Counted from the first letter of the stretch, positions 12,317 through 21,905 are shown. The stretch is 24,000 bases of DNA from Ralstonia flatus (GCF_958439105.1 NZ_CAUDLI010000006.1:35261-59260), one strand, 5' to 3'. Numbers and translations: made by a program. Notes: generated by a model from the letters alone, not told the origin.

Positions 12317-13228
12317 TCAGGCGGCCTCTTCGCCGGCGTCGGGGCGCAGGCGCGCCAGCAGCCCGTCAAACTCATCAAGGCTGCTGAACTGCACGGTCAG
12401 CTGACCGCGTCCCTTGGCCGCCAGCTTGATCTGCACACCCAAGCCGAGCTGGTCGGCCAGTTCTTCTTCGAGACGCGCCACGTCGCGGCCGCCTTGGTGC
12501 CCGCCCTTCTGCTTCAGGGATTTCAGCTCGAACGGCTTGAGCGTCGACGCCACCAGCTTTTCCGTTTCGCGCACCGACAGGCGCTTGTTGACGATCTGGT
12601 TCGCCAATGTGATCTGCGTCGCACCGTCGACGGCGAGCAGCGCGCGGGCGTGGCCCATGTCGAGGTCGCCGGCCATCAGCATGGTCTGCACGGGCTGGGC
12701 GAGATTCAACAGGCGCAGCAGGTTCGAGACCGCGCTGCGTGAACGCCCGACCGATTCCGCCGCCTGCTCGTGTGTGAACTGGAATTCCCGCACCAGGCGC
12801 GCGATGCCCTGCGCTTCTTCCAGCGGGTTGAGGTCTTCGCGCTGGATGTTTTCGATCAGCGCCATGGCGGCGGCCGATTCATCCGGCACGTCCTTCACGA
12901 GGACGGGCACTTCGGTCAGACCGGCGAGGCGCGATGCGCGGAAGCGGCGTTCACCCGCGATGATTTCGTACTTCGGCTTCGCGCCGTCGGACTCGACCTT
13001 GCGCACCAGAATCGGCTGCATCAGGCCTTGGGCGCGGATGCTCGCGGCAAGCTCCTGCAGCGCGCCTTCGTCCATGCGCGTGCGCGGCTGATATTTGCCG
13101 GGCTGCATCTGCTCCAGCTTCAGGACCGTCGGCGCGCCCTCCTGCTTGGCGGCTTCGACAATCTCGGCCGGGCTGCCGAGCAGCGCTTCGAGGCCGCGGC
13201 CCAGTCCCTTTTTCTTCATCGTGCTCAT
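12317..13228 (-). CDS. parB: Chromosome partitioning protein ParB (Spo0J/Noc family)
   Basis: 303 aa, KKKGLGRGLEALLG..., GERRFRASRLAG, VPVLVKDVPDESAAAMALIENIQREDLNPLEEA. Confidence 0.97.
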   Translation of the reverse strand: MSTMKKKGLGRGLEALLGSPAEIVEAAKQEGAPTVLKLEQMQPGKYQPRTRMDEGALQELAASIRAQGLMQPILVRKVESDGAKPKYEIIAGERRFRASRLAGLTEVPVLVKDVPDESAAAMALIENIQREDLNPLEEAQGIARLVREFQFTHEQAAESVGRSRSAVSNLLRLLNLAQPVQTMLMAGDLDMGHARALLAVDGATQITLANQIVNKRLSVRETEKLVASTLKPFELKSLKQKGGHQGGRDVARLEEELADQLGLGVQIKLAAKGRGQLTVQFSSLDEFDGLLARLRPDAGEEAA

Positions 13229-13245
13229 GTTGTTCCTCTTGCTGC

Positions 13246-14031
13246 TCAGGCCGGCATGTCGGCCATCTGCCGCACGCGCGCGATCATCTCGGCGCCGAAA
13301 TCCAGATAGGCCTTCGCCCCCTTCGATGCCACGTCAAACGCCACGCCCGGCATGCCGTACGACGGCGCCTCGGCCAGACGCACGTTGCGCGGGATGACCG
13401 TCTTGAATACCTTGTCGCCGAAGTGCGATTCGAGCTGCGCCGACACCTGCTGCTGCAGCGTCACGCGCGGGTCGAACATCACGCGCAACAGCCCGATCAC
13501 CTTGAGATCGCGGTTCAGGTTGGCGTGCACCTGCTTGATGGTGTTGACGAGATCCGAGAGGCCTTCGAGCGCGAAGTACTCGCACTGCATCGGCACGACC
13601 ACGCCATGCGCGGCGCACAGGCCGTTGAGCGTCAGCAGCGACAGCGACGGCGGGCAGTCGATGAGGACGAAGTCGTAGTCGGCTTCCACCTCGGCGAGCG
13701 CAAGCTTGAGGCGGTTTTCGCGATGTTCCAGATCGACGAGTTCGACTTCGGCGCCGGCCAGGTCGCGGTTGGCGGGCAGGACGTCGTAGCGCCCTGCCTC
13801 CGAACGCTGGCGTGCCTGCGGAATCGTCGCGAGCCCAACAAGGACCTGGTAGACGCTGAATTCCAGCGTGTGCTTATCGATGCCCGAGCCCATCGAGGCA
13901 TTGCCCTGCGGGTCGAGGTCGACCAGCAGCACGCGCTGCCCTTGCGCGGCCAGCCCGGCCGCGAGATTCACCGTGGTGGTGGTCTTGCCGACCCCACCCT
14001 TCTGGTTGGCGATCACGAAAATATTCGACAT
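13246..14031 (-). CDS. parA: Chromosome partitioning ATPase ParA (Soj)
   Basis: 261 aa, MSNIFVIANQKGGVGKTTTTVNLAAGLA; short chromosomal-type ParA without N-terminal HTH. Confidence 0.98.
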   Translation of the reverse strand: MSNIFVIANQKGGVGKTTTTVNLAAGLAAQGQRVLLVDLDPQGNASMGSGIDKHTLEFSVYQVLVGLATIPQARQRSEAGRYDVLPANRDLAGAEVELVDLEHRENRLKLALAEVEADYDFVLIDCPPSLSLLTLNGLCAAHGVVVPMQCEYFALEGLSDLVNTIKQVHANLNRDLKVIGLLRVMFDPRVTLQQQVSAQLESHFGDKVFKTVIPRNVRLAEAPSYGMPGVAFDVASKGAKAYLDFGAEMIARVRQMADMPA

Positions 14032-14068
14032 GACTCCTCTGCGGTGAATGGCTCGCTACAACGTTCGC

Positions 14069-14737
14069 TCACGCCGACGGCGCGAGGATGACCAGGTGAC
14101 GCTCGGCCGGCAGCCCCGGCACGGTCAGGCGCTCGATGGCTTCGACGGCCCAGCCGGCGGGCAGACGATCGATTTCGGCATCCGGGCGCACGCCCTTCAT
14201 GGCGACCATGCGACCGCCCGGGGCGAGCAGATGCCCAGCCAGATTTACGAAATCGACCAGTTCGGCAAAGGCGCGCGAGGTGATGACGCCATAGCCGGTG
14301 GCATCGGTCAGCTTTTCCACGTGGCCCCAATGCGACTGAGCGTTGGTCAGGCCAAGCTCGGCGCGGCACTGCGTCAGGAAGGCGGTCTTTTTCTGCACGA
14401 TGTCGACCATCGTGACGCTGACATCCGGATAGGCGATGGCCAGCGGAATGCCCGGCAGGCCGCCGCCCGAACCGACGTCCAGCACGCGCGGTGCGTCGGG
14501 TTGCGCACGGCGGGCCAGCTCGGCGATGCACGATACGGCCGACAGCGAATCCAGCAGGTGATGCGTCAGCATGTCGCCGGCATCACGAATGGCGGTCAGG
14601 TTATAGACGCGGTTCCATTTGGCCAGCAGCCCTTGGTACGCCAGTAAACGGTCGACTTGCGCTTCATCCAGCGACAACCCAAGCGCACGCGCGCCGGCCT
14701 CCAGCTCTGCCCGGGCGTCTGTCAGTGCATTCGCCAT
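14069..14737 (-). CDS. rsmG: 16S rRNA (guanine527-N7)-methyltransferase RsmG (GidB)
   Basis: [33 protein letters not shown]; ATG at 14737 overlaps the mnmG TGA by one nucleotide (TGATG). Confidence 0.97.
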   Translation of the reverse strand: MANALTDARAELEAGARALGLSLDEAQVDRLLAYQGLLAKWNRVYNLTAIRDAGDMLTHHLLDSLSAVSCIAELARRAQPDAPRVLDVGSGGGLPGIPLAIAYPDVSVTMVDIVQKKTAFLTQCRAELGLTNAQSHWGHVEKLTDATGYGVITSRAFAELVDFVNLAGHLLAPGGRMVAMKGVRPDAEIDRLPAGWAVEAIERLTVPGLPAERHLVILAPSA

Positions 14738-16686
14738 CAAGCGGCCTCGCCTTCTGCACTGGCGCGCGGGCCGACTTGGCCACGCAGCACGCCCTTCTTC
14801 AAATGCACAAGCAGCAGTGACACGGCGGCGGGCGTGATGCCGGAGATACGCGAAGCCTGCCCAATGGTTTCCGGCTTGTGCTTGGCGAGCTTCTGCTGGA
14901 CCTCGATCGACAGGCCACGCACCTGCGAATAGTCAAAATCGGCCGGCAGGCGCGTGTTTTCGTTGGCGCCGAGGCGCTCGACTTCATCGGCTTGCCGGGC
15001 GATGTATCCGTGGTATTTGATGCCGATCTCGACCTGCTCGCGGATCTGCTCGGCCAGCAACGGGTCTTCAGCCAAGGGCGATTCGAGCGCGTACTTGCCG
15101 CCCTGCATACCCATGAGCGTTTCGTACGTCACGTTCGGGCGGCGCAGCAAGTCGGCCAAGGCGTACTCCCGCTCAATGCCCTTGCCCAGCACCGGCTCGG
15201 CATCTTCCAACGGAAGCGTGGCCGGATTCACCCAGGTCGACTTGAGACGCTCTGTTTCACGTGAAACAGCGTCGCGCTTCCGGTTGAACGCATCCCAGCG
15301 CGCATCGTCGACGACGCCCAACGCGCGGCCGACTTCGGTCAGGCGCATGTCGGCGTTGTCTTCACGCAGGCTGAGGCGGAACTCAGCCCGGCTGGTGAAC
15401 ATACGATACGGCTCGGTCACGCCGCGGGTGATGAGATCGTCAACCAGCACGCCCAGATAAGCCTGGTCGCGCCGAGGCGTCCAGGCATCCTTGCCCTGCA
15501 CTTGCAGGCCGGCGTTGATGCCTGCGAGCAGGCCTTGCGCCGCGGCCTCTTCATAACCGGTCGTCCCGTTGATCTGGCCGGCGAAGAACAAACCGGAAAT
15601 CGCCTTCGATTCCAGCGAAGACTTGAGGCCGCGCGGATCGAAATAGTCATATTCGATGGCGTAACCGGGCCGCAGGATGTGGGCGTTTTCGAGCCCGCGC
15701 ATCGAGTGGATCAGGTCCAGCTGCACATCAAACGGCAGGCTGGTCGACACGCCGTTCGGGTAAAACTCGTTCGTCGTCAGGCCTTCCGGCTCCAGGAAGA
15801 TCTGGTGGCTGTCCTTGCTGGCAAAGCGGTGGATCTTGTCTTCGATGCTGGGGCAGTAGCGCGGTCCCACCCCTTCGATCACGCCCGTGTACATCGGGGA
15901 GCGGTCCAGCCCGGCGCGGATGATGTCGTGCGTGCGCTCGTTGGTGTGCGTCACCCAGCATGGCACTTGGCGCGGATGCATGTCCGCGCGGCCCATGAAC
16001 GAGAACACCGGCACCGGATCGAGATCGCCCGGTTGCTCTTCGAGCACCGAAAAATTGATGGACCGGCCATCGATGCGCGGCGGCGTACCGGTCTTGAGGC
16101 GCCCTTGCGACAGCTTCAATTCCTTCAAACGCGCCGACAGCGATACCGCGGCGGGGTCGCCCGCGCGCCCGCCGGTGTAGTTATTCAGCCCGACGTGGAT
16201 CTTGCCATCCAGGAACGTCCCGGCCGTCAGCACGACAGCGCGTGCGCGGAACCGCACGCCGACCTGCGTCACCGCCCCAACGACACGATCCCCTTCAACA
16301 AGCAGGTCTTCCACGGCCTGCTGGAACAACATCAAGTTCGGCTGGTTTTCGAGGCGATGGCGGATCGCTGCCTTATACAGCACGCGGTCTGCCTGAGCAC
16401 GCGTCGCCCGCACGGCCGGGCCCTTGCTGGAATTGAGGATACGGAACTGGATGCCGCCCTCGTCCGTCGCGATGGCCATGGCCCCGCCCAAGGCGTCCAC
16501 TTCCTTGACCAGATGGCCTTTGCCGATGCCCCCGATGGACGGATTGCAGCTCATCTGCCCCAGCGTCTCGATGTTGTGCGTCAGCAGCAGGGTCTGACAC
16601 CCCATGCGCGCTGCCGCCAGCGCGGCCTCGGTGCCGGCGTGTCCGCCGCCCACCACGATCACATCGAATTCAATTGGATACAGCAT
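14737..16686 (-). CDS. mnmG: tRNA uridine 5-carboxymethylaminomethyl modification enzyme MnmG (GidA)
   Basis: [62 protein letters not shown]; start trimmed to 16686, preceded by GAGGAGGAAG. Confidence 0.98.
   Translation of the reverse strand: MLYPIEFDVIVVGGGHAGTEAALAAARMGCQTLLLTHNIETLGQMSCNPSIGGIGKGHLVKEVDALGGAMAIATDEGGIQFRILNSSKGPAVRATRAQADRVLYKAAIRHRLENQPNLMLFQQAVEDLLVEGDRVVGAVTQVGVRFRARAVVLTAGTFLDGKIHVGLNNYTGGRAGDPAAVSLSARLKELKLSQGRLKTGTPPRIDGRSINFSVLEEQPGDLDPVPVFSFMGRADMHPRQVPCWVTHTNERTHDIIRAGLDRSPMYTGVIEGVGPRYCPSIEDKIHRFASKDSHQIFLEPEGLTTNEFYPNGVSTSLPFDVQLDLIHSMRGLENAHILRPGYAIEYDYFDPRGLKSSLESKAISGLFFAGQINGTTGYEEAAAQGLLAGINAGLQVQGKDAWTPRRDQAYLGVLVDDLITRGVTEPYRMFTSRAEFRLSLREDNADMRLTEVGRALGVVDDARWDAFNRKRDAVSRETERLKSTWVNPATLPLEDAEPVLGKGIEREYALADLLRRPNVTYETLMGMQGGKYALESPLAEDPLLAEQIREQVEIGIKYHGYIARQADEVERLGANENTRLPADFDYSQVRGLSIEVQQKLAKHKPETIGQASRISGITPAAVSLLLVHLKKGVLRGQVGPRASAEGEAA
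15253..15268. promoter_or_regulatory. parS site (perfect TGTTTCACGTGAAACA) inside mnmG
   Basis: Exact 16-bp palindrome matching the canonical ParB binding consensus. Confidence 0.9.
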
Positions 16687-16730
16687 GGCTTCCTCCTCGC
16701 ATGGAGGCATCAAAAATTTGGAGAAGCGGA

Positions 16731-16736
16731 ATTATA
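16731..16736 (-). promoter_or_regulatory. Candidate -10 element of the mnmG-rsmG-parAB operon
   Basis: Perfect TATAAT on the reverse strand about 45 bp upstream of the mnmG ATG; the -35 element is weak. Confidence 0.5.
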
Positions 16737-16799
16737 AGTCGGGCGGCTACACCGCAGTTCGGCCGTGCGGCAATCGGGACGAAATTCCCCTGCTTTCCG

Positions 16800-16815
16800 T
16801 GTTTCACGTGAGACA
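16800..16815. promoter_or_regulatory. parS-like site with one mismatch (TGTTTCACGTGAgACA)
   Basis: 15/16 identity to TGTTTCACGTGAAACA, 25 bp from a perfect site. Confidence 0.8.
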
Positions 16816-16839
16816 TGCACCGCTTGGTCGCGACGTTTG

Positions 16840-16855
16840 TGTTTCACGTGAAACA
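16840..16855. promoter_or_regulatory. parS site (perfect TGTTTCACGTGAAACA) upstream of the mnmG-parAB operon
   Basis: Exact 16-bp palindrome. Confidence 0.93.
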
Positions 16856-16869
16856 CATTCCGCCGACGG

Positions 16870-17799
16870 TTACTCACCTCTGGCCGAGCGCGCCTGCAGA
16901 AAATCGATGAAGACGCGCAGCTTGCCTGGCATTAGCGGCATGCGGGGGAAATAGAGATGGAAGCGATACATCGGCGGGCACCAGTCATCAAGCACCCGAA
17001 CCAAGCGGCCAGCCCCCACATCGTCGGCGACGAGGTCTTCCAGCACGTGCGCCAAGCCCACGCCCTGCTTCGCCGCCTCGACCATCGCCAGCACGTCATT
17101 GGCGATGAAGCTGCCGGCCACATCCGCCGACTGGTTGGTGCCACCGCCGGGCGCGGCAAACTCCCAGTCGTACAAGGCGCCGCTGCTGGGAAAGCGGTAT
17201 CGGATGCAGCGATGGCCGCGCAGGGCGTCCGGCGATTCGGGCGTGCCACGTGCCTGCAGATACGCTGGACTGCCGACCACCGCGATGCGGCGCGCCGGTC
17301 CGATCGGCACGCCCACCATGTCGCGCTCGACACGCTCGCCGAAGCGAATGCCGACATCAAAGCGGTCGGCGACGATGGCGGACAAGCCGTCGTCCACCGA
17401 AACCTCCAGTTCGATGCGCGGATAGCGCGCGAGGAAATCGCCCAGCACCGGCTGCAGCACCGCCTGATACGCGACACGTGAAGCCGTCACACGCAAGGCG
17501 CCGCGCGGCTCTGTGGCGCGCTCCCCCACTTCGGCCATCGCGCCGTACAGCGCATCGAGGCTCGGCCGCACGACCGCGAGCAAGGCTTCGCCCGCTTCCG
17601 TGGCACTGACCTGCCGCGTGGTCCGCGCCAACAATTGCGCGCCGAGCGCGGACTCCAACCGCCGGATGGTCTGCGACAGCGCAGACGTCGAAACATCCAG
17701 CGCTGCGGCCGCCTGCGTGAAGCTCCCCGCCTCCGCCACGCGGCGCAGCGCATCGAGCGCGGGCAGCAGGTCCGGATCGATTGTGAATTCTGTCTTCAT
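16870..17799 (-). CDS. LysR family transcriptional regulator
   Basis: N-terminal HTH: ALDALRRVAEAGSFTQAAAALDVSTSALSQTIRRLESALGAQLLARTTRQVSATEAG; start taken at MKTEFTI (17799). Confidence 0.93.
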   Translation of the reverse strand: MKTEFTIDPDLLPALDALRRVAEAGSFTQAAAALDVSTSALSQTIRRLESALGAQLLARTTRQVSATEAGEALLAVVRPSLDALYGAMAEVGERATEPRGALRVTASRVAYQAVLQPVLGDFLARYPRIELEVSVDDGLSAIVADRFDVGIRFGERVERDMVGVPIGPARRIAVVGSPAYLQARGTPESPDALRGHRCIRYRFPSSGALYDWEFAAPGGGTNQSADVAGSFIANDVLAMVEAAKQGVGLAHVLEDLVADDVGAGRLVRVLDDWCPPMYRFHLYFPRMPLMPGKLRVFIDFLQARSARGE

Positions 17800-17806
17800 A
17801 GTGCAT

Positions 17807-17828
17807 CCGATTCTATCCACTTAATCGG
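17807..17828. promoter_or_regulatory. Candidate LysR-type operator palindrome CCGATT-N10-AATCGG
   Basis: Perfect 6-bp arms with an embedded T-N11-A, in the 86-bp gap between the divergent LysR and aldo/keto reductase genes. Confidence 0.5.
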
Positions 17829-17885
17829 CGCGACCGCGCTGCCTAGACTGGCGACTCCTCTCCCTGACCTGACAAGGACTTCGCC

Positions 17886-18899
17886 ATGCAGACACGACAA
17901 CTCGGTCAATCCGACCTGCACATCTCTCCACTCGGCTTCGGCACGTGGGCCACGGGCGGCGGCAACTGGGAATATGGCTGGGGCGCGCAGGACGATCGCG
18001 ATTCCATTGCCGCCATCGCCGCCGCTGCAGACGCCGGCATCAACTGGATCGACACCGCTGCCGCCTATGGGCTGGGCCACGCGGAAACGGTGGTCGGCCG
18101 CGCGCTGCGCACGTTGCCCGCAGACCGCCGCCCGTACGTGTTCACCAAGGGTTCGCTGGTGTGGGACGCGCTGGGGCGGATTTCGCATTCGCTCGACCCC
18201 GCATCGCTCTCACGTGAAATCGACGAGAGCCTGCGCCGCCTGAACGTGGAGGCGATCGACCTGTACCAGATCCACTGGCCGGCCTTCCCGCCCGGGGCGC
18301 CGGAACAATCGATCGAAGCCGCCATTGGCGCGCTGGCGGAGGCACGCCGCGCCGGCAAGATCCGCCATATCGGCGTGTCGAATTTCGATGCGGCGCAAAT
18401 GGAACGCGCCCGCTCGGTCGCGCCGATCGCCTCGCTGCAACCGCCCTACTCGCTGCTGATGCGCGGCATCGAGGAATCCATCCTGCCGTACACGGCGGCG
18501 CATGGCATCGGCAACATCGTCTATTCGCCGCTGCAATCGGGACTGCTGTCGGGGCGCATGACGCGCGAGCGCATCGCCGCGCTGCCGGCCGATGACTGGC
18601 GCGCGCAGCGCAGCCCCGAATTTCAAGAGCCGAATCTGACGCGCAACCTGGCCCTGGTGGAGGTGCTGGGTGGCGTCGGCGCCCGGCATGGACGCACGCC
18701 TGCCGAAGTCGCCATCGCGTGGACGCTGCGCAACCCGGTGGTGACGGGCGCGATCGTCGGCGTGCGACGGCCGGATCAGCTTGACGGCCTGCTCGGCGCG
18801 GCCAGCCTGAAACTGACGGATGCGGATCTCGCGGAAATCGACGCTGCGCTGCCGGAAACCACGGCCTCGCCGGTGCCGCAAAGCGTCGTCAACGCTTGA
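17886..18899 (+). CDS. Aldo/keto reductase
   Basis: 337 aa, MQTRQLGQSDLHISPLGFGTWATGG, NWIDTAAAYGLGHAETVVGRAL, IRHIGVSNFDAAQME. Confidence 0.95.
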   Translation: MQTRQLGQSDLHISPLGFGTWATGGGNWEYGWGAQDDRDSIAAIAAAADAGINWIDTAAAYGLGHAETVVGRALRTLPADRRPYVFTKGSLVWDALGRISHSLDPASLSREIDESLRRLNVEAIDLYQIHWPAFPPGAPEQSIEAAIGALAEARRAGKIRHIGVSNFDAAQMERARSVAPIASLQPPYSLLMRGIEESILPYTAAHGIGNIVYSPLQSGLLSGRMTRERIAALPADDWRAQRSPEFQEPNLTRNLALVEVLGGVGARHGRTPAEVAIAWTLRNPVVTGAIVGVRRPDQLDGLLGAASLKLTDADLAEIDAALPETTASPVPQSVVNA

Positions 18900-18916
18900 G
18901 CCCTCCGCCAGACAAA

Positions 18917-18948
18917 GCAAAACGCACGGCGCGAACCGTGCGTTTTGC
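18917..18948. terminator. Bidirectional intrinsic terminator between the aldo/keto reductase and the ABC binding protein gene
   Basis: GCAAAACGCACGG (18917-18929) CGCGAA CCGTGCGTTTTGC (18936-18948): 13-bp perfect stem, 6-nt loop, A4/T4 tracts forming the stem base. Confidence 0.75.
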
Positions 18949-18974
18949 GTGGGCCGATGACGTTGGCTACGTCG

Positions 18975-20123
18975 TCAATTCTGCAGCTTCCACTTGCCGT
19001 CCTTGATTTCGACCATGACGCGCGAGCGCTGGTCCAGACCAAGGTGGTCCTTCGCGTTCATATTCATCACGCCGTGCGAGATCGCCAGATTGGTCGTCGT
19101 CTCCATCGCGTCGCGCAATCCCTTGCGGAACGCCGGCGTGCCGGGTTGGCCCTTTTTCAGCGCTTCCGGCATCGCATTGGTGAGCAACAAACCGGCATCC
19201 CACATGTGGCCGCCGAAGGTGGAGACTTGTCCGCCGTACGTCTTCTCATATGCCGTCTTGTACGCCAGCGCCGGCTTCTTCACCGGGTTGCTGTCCGGCA
19301 GCTGCTCGGCCACCAGGATCGGACCCGCCGGCAGGAACGTGCCTTCGCAGTCCTTGCCGCACACACGCAGGAAGTCGGCGTTCGCCACACCGTGCGTCTG
19401 ATACAGCTTGCCCTTGTAGCCACGCTCCTTGAGCGCGCGTTCGGGCAGCGCGGCCGGCGTACCCGAGCCTGCGATCAGCACCGCATCCGGATTGGCCGCC
19501 ATGATCTTCAGCACCTGGCCCGTCACCGACGTATCGGTGCGCGCAAACCGCTCGTTGGCGACAACCTTCAGCTTGCGCAGCCCCGCCACCTTGTCGAACT
19601 CCTGCGCCCACGAATCGCCATAGGCATCGGCAAAGCCGATCAGCGCGACGGTCTTTACGCCATGGTTTGCCATGTGCTCGGCAATGGCCGTCGCCATGTG
19701 GGAATCGTTCTGCGGCGTCTTGAAGACCCACGCGCGCTTGGCGTCCATCGGCTCGACGATCCGCGCGGAGGCGGCCAGCGTGATCATCGGCGTTTCGTTC
19801 TCGGCCACCACGTCGACCATCGCCAGGGAGTTGGGCGTGACGGTCGAACCGATCACCAGGTCGACCTTGTCTTCGGTGATGAGCTTGCGTGTGTTCTTGA
19901 CGGCGGTGGTCGTGTCAGACGCATCGTCGAGCACGATGTACTCGACCTTCTTGCCGGCGATTTCCTTGGGCAGCAGCGCCACGGTGTTCTTCTCGGGAAT
20001 CCCCAGCGACGCCGCCGGCCCGGTGGCCGACACCGTAATGCCGACCTTCACCTGGGCGAATGCCGTACCGGCCAACAGCGCCGTCGCGGCGAGTGCAATG
20101 CGGGATGCGAGCGATACCTTCAT
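18975..20123 (-). CDS. Branched-chain amino-acid-type ABC transporter periplasmic substrate-binding protein
   Basis: 382 aa, signal peptide MKVSLASRIALAATALLAGTAFA then VKVGITVSATGPAASLGIPEKNTVALLPKEIAGKKVEYIVLDDASDTTTAVKNTRKLI. Confidence 0.93.
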   Translation of the reverse strand: MKVSLASRIALAATALLAGTAFAQVKVGITVSATGPAASLGIPEKNTVALLPKEIAGKKVEYIVLDDASDTTTAVKNTRKLITEDKVDLVIGSTVTPNSLAMVDVVAENETPMITLAASARIVEPMDAKRAWVFKTPQNDSHMATAIAEHMANHGVKTVALIGFADAYGDSWAQEFDKVAGLRKLKVVANERFARTDTSVTGQVLKIMAANPDAVLIAGSGTPAALPERALKERGYKGKLYQTHGVANADFLRVCGKDCEGTFLPAGPILVAEQLPDSNPVKKPALAYKTAYEKTYGGQVSTFGGHMWDAGLLLTNAMPEALKKGQPGTPAFRKGLRDAMETTTNLAISHGVMNMNAKDHLGLDQRSRVMVEIKDGKWKLQN

Positions 20124-20278
20124 GCCGTCTCCTGAGATAGGTCGAGCGGGTCTGCGCCCGCCCTGAATCTGCGATTGACCGACCGATGGGTCGGGGATGA
20201 ACGAGTCTAGAAGGAGTCACGCCACGCGGGCAAGGGGGAGATACCCCGAAACTTAACGTGTTCACGACCTGGGCGGAC

Positions 20279-20884
20279 TCAGCCCACGCGGTACACCCGG
20301 CCGCTCTGCACGCCCTCCACGCTGCGCCGATACGCCAACGCCGCGCGCGCTGCCGAGACCGGCTCGAAGCCCGGGAAGAACGGGCCATATGCTTCCATCG
20401 ATTCGGTCAGCACCGTCGGGCTCACCGCGTTGATGCGGATGCCGCGCGGCAGCTCGCACGCGGCGGCGCGCACAAAGCCCTCCACCCCCGCGTTCACCGC
20501 AGTGGCGTTGGCGCCTTGTGCGATCGGCTCCTGCCCCACGATGCCGGTCGTCAGCGTGATCGAGCCGCCGTCGTTCAGATAATGCTGACCGACCAGCGCC
20601 AGGCGCACCTGGCCAAGCAGCTTGTCCTGCAGGCCAACGTTGAAATCCGCGGCCGTCATCTTGATCAGCGGCCCGAAGAACAGATTGCCCGCAGTGGAGA
20701 CGATGGCGTCGACGCGACCGAGCCTGTCGAACAGCGCCGCCACGCTGTCTGCGTTGGTGATGTCGACTTGATGCTCGCCCTGCGTGCGGCCGACGCGGAT
20801 GATTTCGTGCGCCCCGCCCTGCTCCAGTGCTGCCACCACGGCGCGGCCCAGTGTGCCGCTGGCGCCAATCACGACGATTTTCAT
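20279..20884 (-). CDS. Short-chain dehydrogenase/reductase
   Basis: MKIVVIGASGTLGRAVVAAL..., INAVSPTV; start trimmed to 20884. Confidence 0.9.
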   Translation of the reverse strand: MKIVVIGASGTLGRAVVAALEQGGAHEIIRVGRTQGEHQVDITNADSVAALFDRLGRVDAIVSTAGNLFFGPLIKMTAADFNVGLQDKLLGQVRLALVGQHYLNDGGSITLTTGIVGQEPIAQGANATAVNAGVEGFVRAAACELPRGIRINAVSPTVLTESMEAYGPFFPGFEPVSAARAALAYRRSVEGVQSGRVYRVG

Positions 20885-20991
20885 GCTGTGCTCCTTCGTC
20901 AATCCGGTTGGAATGGCGCCTATTCTTGGCCGAACCCCTCATGCGATAAAGCCGTGATACCTTCGGGCATTCCAAATCAATGGTTCGGAAT

Positions 20992-21900
20992 ATGGACAAG
21001 CTGCGCAGCATGGAGACCTTCGTCGCCGTGGTCGAAGGCGGCAACTTCACCGAGGCCGCGGCGCGGCTTGAAATGTCCGCGGTGATGGTCGGCAAATATG
21101 TGAGCGCTCTGGAGACGCAGCTGGGCGCGCGCCTGCTCCAGCGCAGCACGCGCCGCCAAAGCCTGACCGACGCCGGGCGCGTGTTCTACGAAGATGCCAA
21201 GCGTGTGCTGGAACAGGTGCGCTGGGCGGAAACGTCCGTCGAACGGCTACGCGCGTCGCCTTCGGGCACGCTCCGCGTGAGCGCGCCGACCACGTTCGGC
21301 GCGTGCGTGATCGCGCCACTGGCCGCGACGTTTCAGCAGGCACATCCGCAGGTGCGCGTGGAGTTGAACCTCAGCAACAGCATGGTCGATCTCGTCGACG
21401 AAGGGTTCGATCTCGCCATCCGCATCGGCCCGCTGGGCGATGCCGATCTGGTTGCCAAGCCGCTGTGCGTGTATCGCATGGTCATCTGCGCGTCGCCGGA
21501 GTACCTGGCGCGGTACGGCCGGCCGGAAACGCCGGCCGACCTGCCGCAGCATCGCTGCCTTTCGCACATGGTTTGGAACAACCGCAATGCGTGGCAGCTT
21601 GCCGGCTGGAGCGGCGCCACGCCCTGGCGCGACGACCCGGCCTTCACCTGCAACGACGGCCATGGCTTGCGCGCGGCCGCGGTTGCCGGTGCCGGCCTGC
21701 TGCTGCAGCCCGAAGTGCTCGTCGCAGAAGACCTGGCAAGCGGCCGACTCGTGCGCGTGCTGCAGGCGTATGCGCCCGAACCGCGGCCGATTCATCTCGT
21801 GTATCGGCAGGATCGGCGGCCGCTGCCGAAGCTCTCCAGCTTTGTGGAACATTTGCTGGCGCACGCACCTAAGTTCGTCCCCGCATCGGGGGCACAATAG
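20992..21900 (+). CDS. LysR family transcriptional regulator
   Basis: MDKLRSMETFVAVVEGGNFTEAAARLEMSAVMVGKYVSALETQLGARLLQRSTRRQSLTDAG; start at 20992 preferred over 20980. Confidence 0.93.
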   Translation: MDKLRSMETFVAVVEGGNFTEAAARLEMSAVMVGKYVSALETQLGARLLQRSTRRQSLTDAGRVFYEDAKRVLEQVRWAETSVERLRASPSGTLRVSAPTTFGACVIAPLAATFQQAHPQVRVELNLSNSMVDLVDEGFDLAIRIGPLGDADLVAKPLCVYRMVICASPEYLARYGRPETPADLPQHRCLSHMVWNNRNAWQLAGWSGATPWRDDPAFTCNDGHGLRAAAVAGAGLLLQPEVLVAEDLASGRLVRVLQAYAPEPRPIHLVYRQDRRPLPKLSSFVEHLLAHAPKFVPASGAQ

Positions 21901-21905
21901 CGCCC

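Noticed and set aside
12004-12378. 124-aa reverse ORF overlapping the parB 3' end
   Set aside because: Overlaps parB out of frame and crosses the likely atp promoter; no ribosome-binding signal or family resemblance.
15502-16737. 411-aa + strand ORF antisense to mnmG
   Set aside because: Antisense artefact of GC codon bias; mnmG is unambiguous on the other strand.
16687-16869. mnmG upstream region as chromosomal replication origin
   Set aside because: Although gidA/parAB loci are often near oriC, I saw no cluster of DnaA boxes (TTATCCACA-like), no AT-rich unwinding region and no dnaA/dnaN here.
18206-18221. GCTCTCACGTGAAATC in the aldo/keto reductase gene as degenerate parS
   Set aside because: Five mismatches out of 16 to consensus; probably chance.
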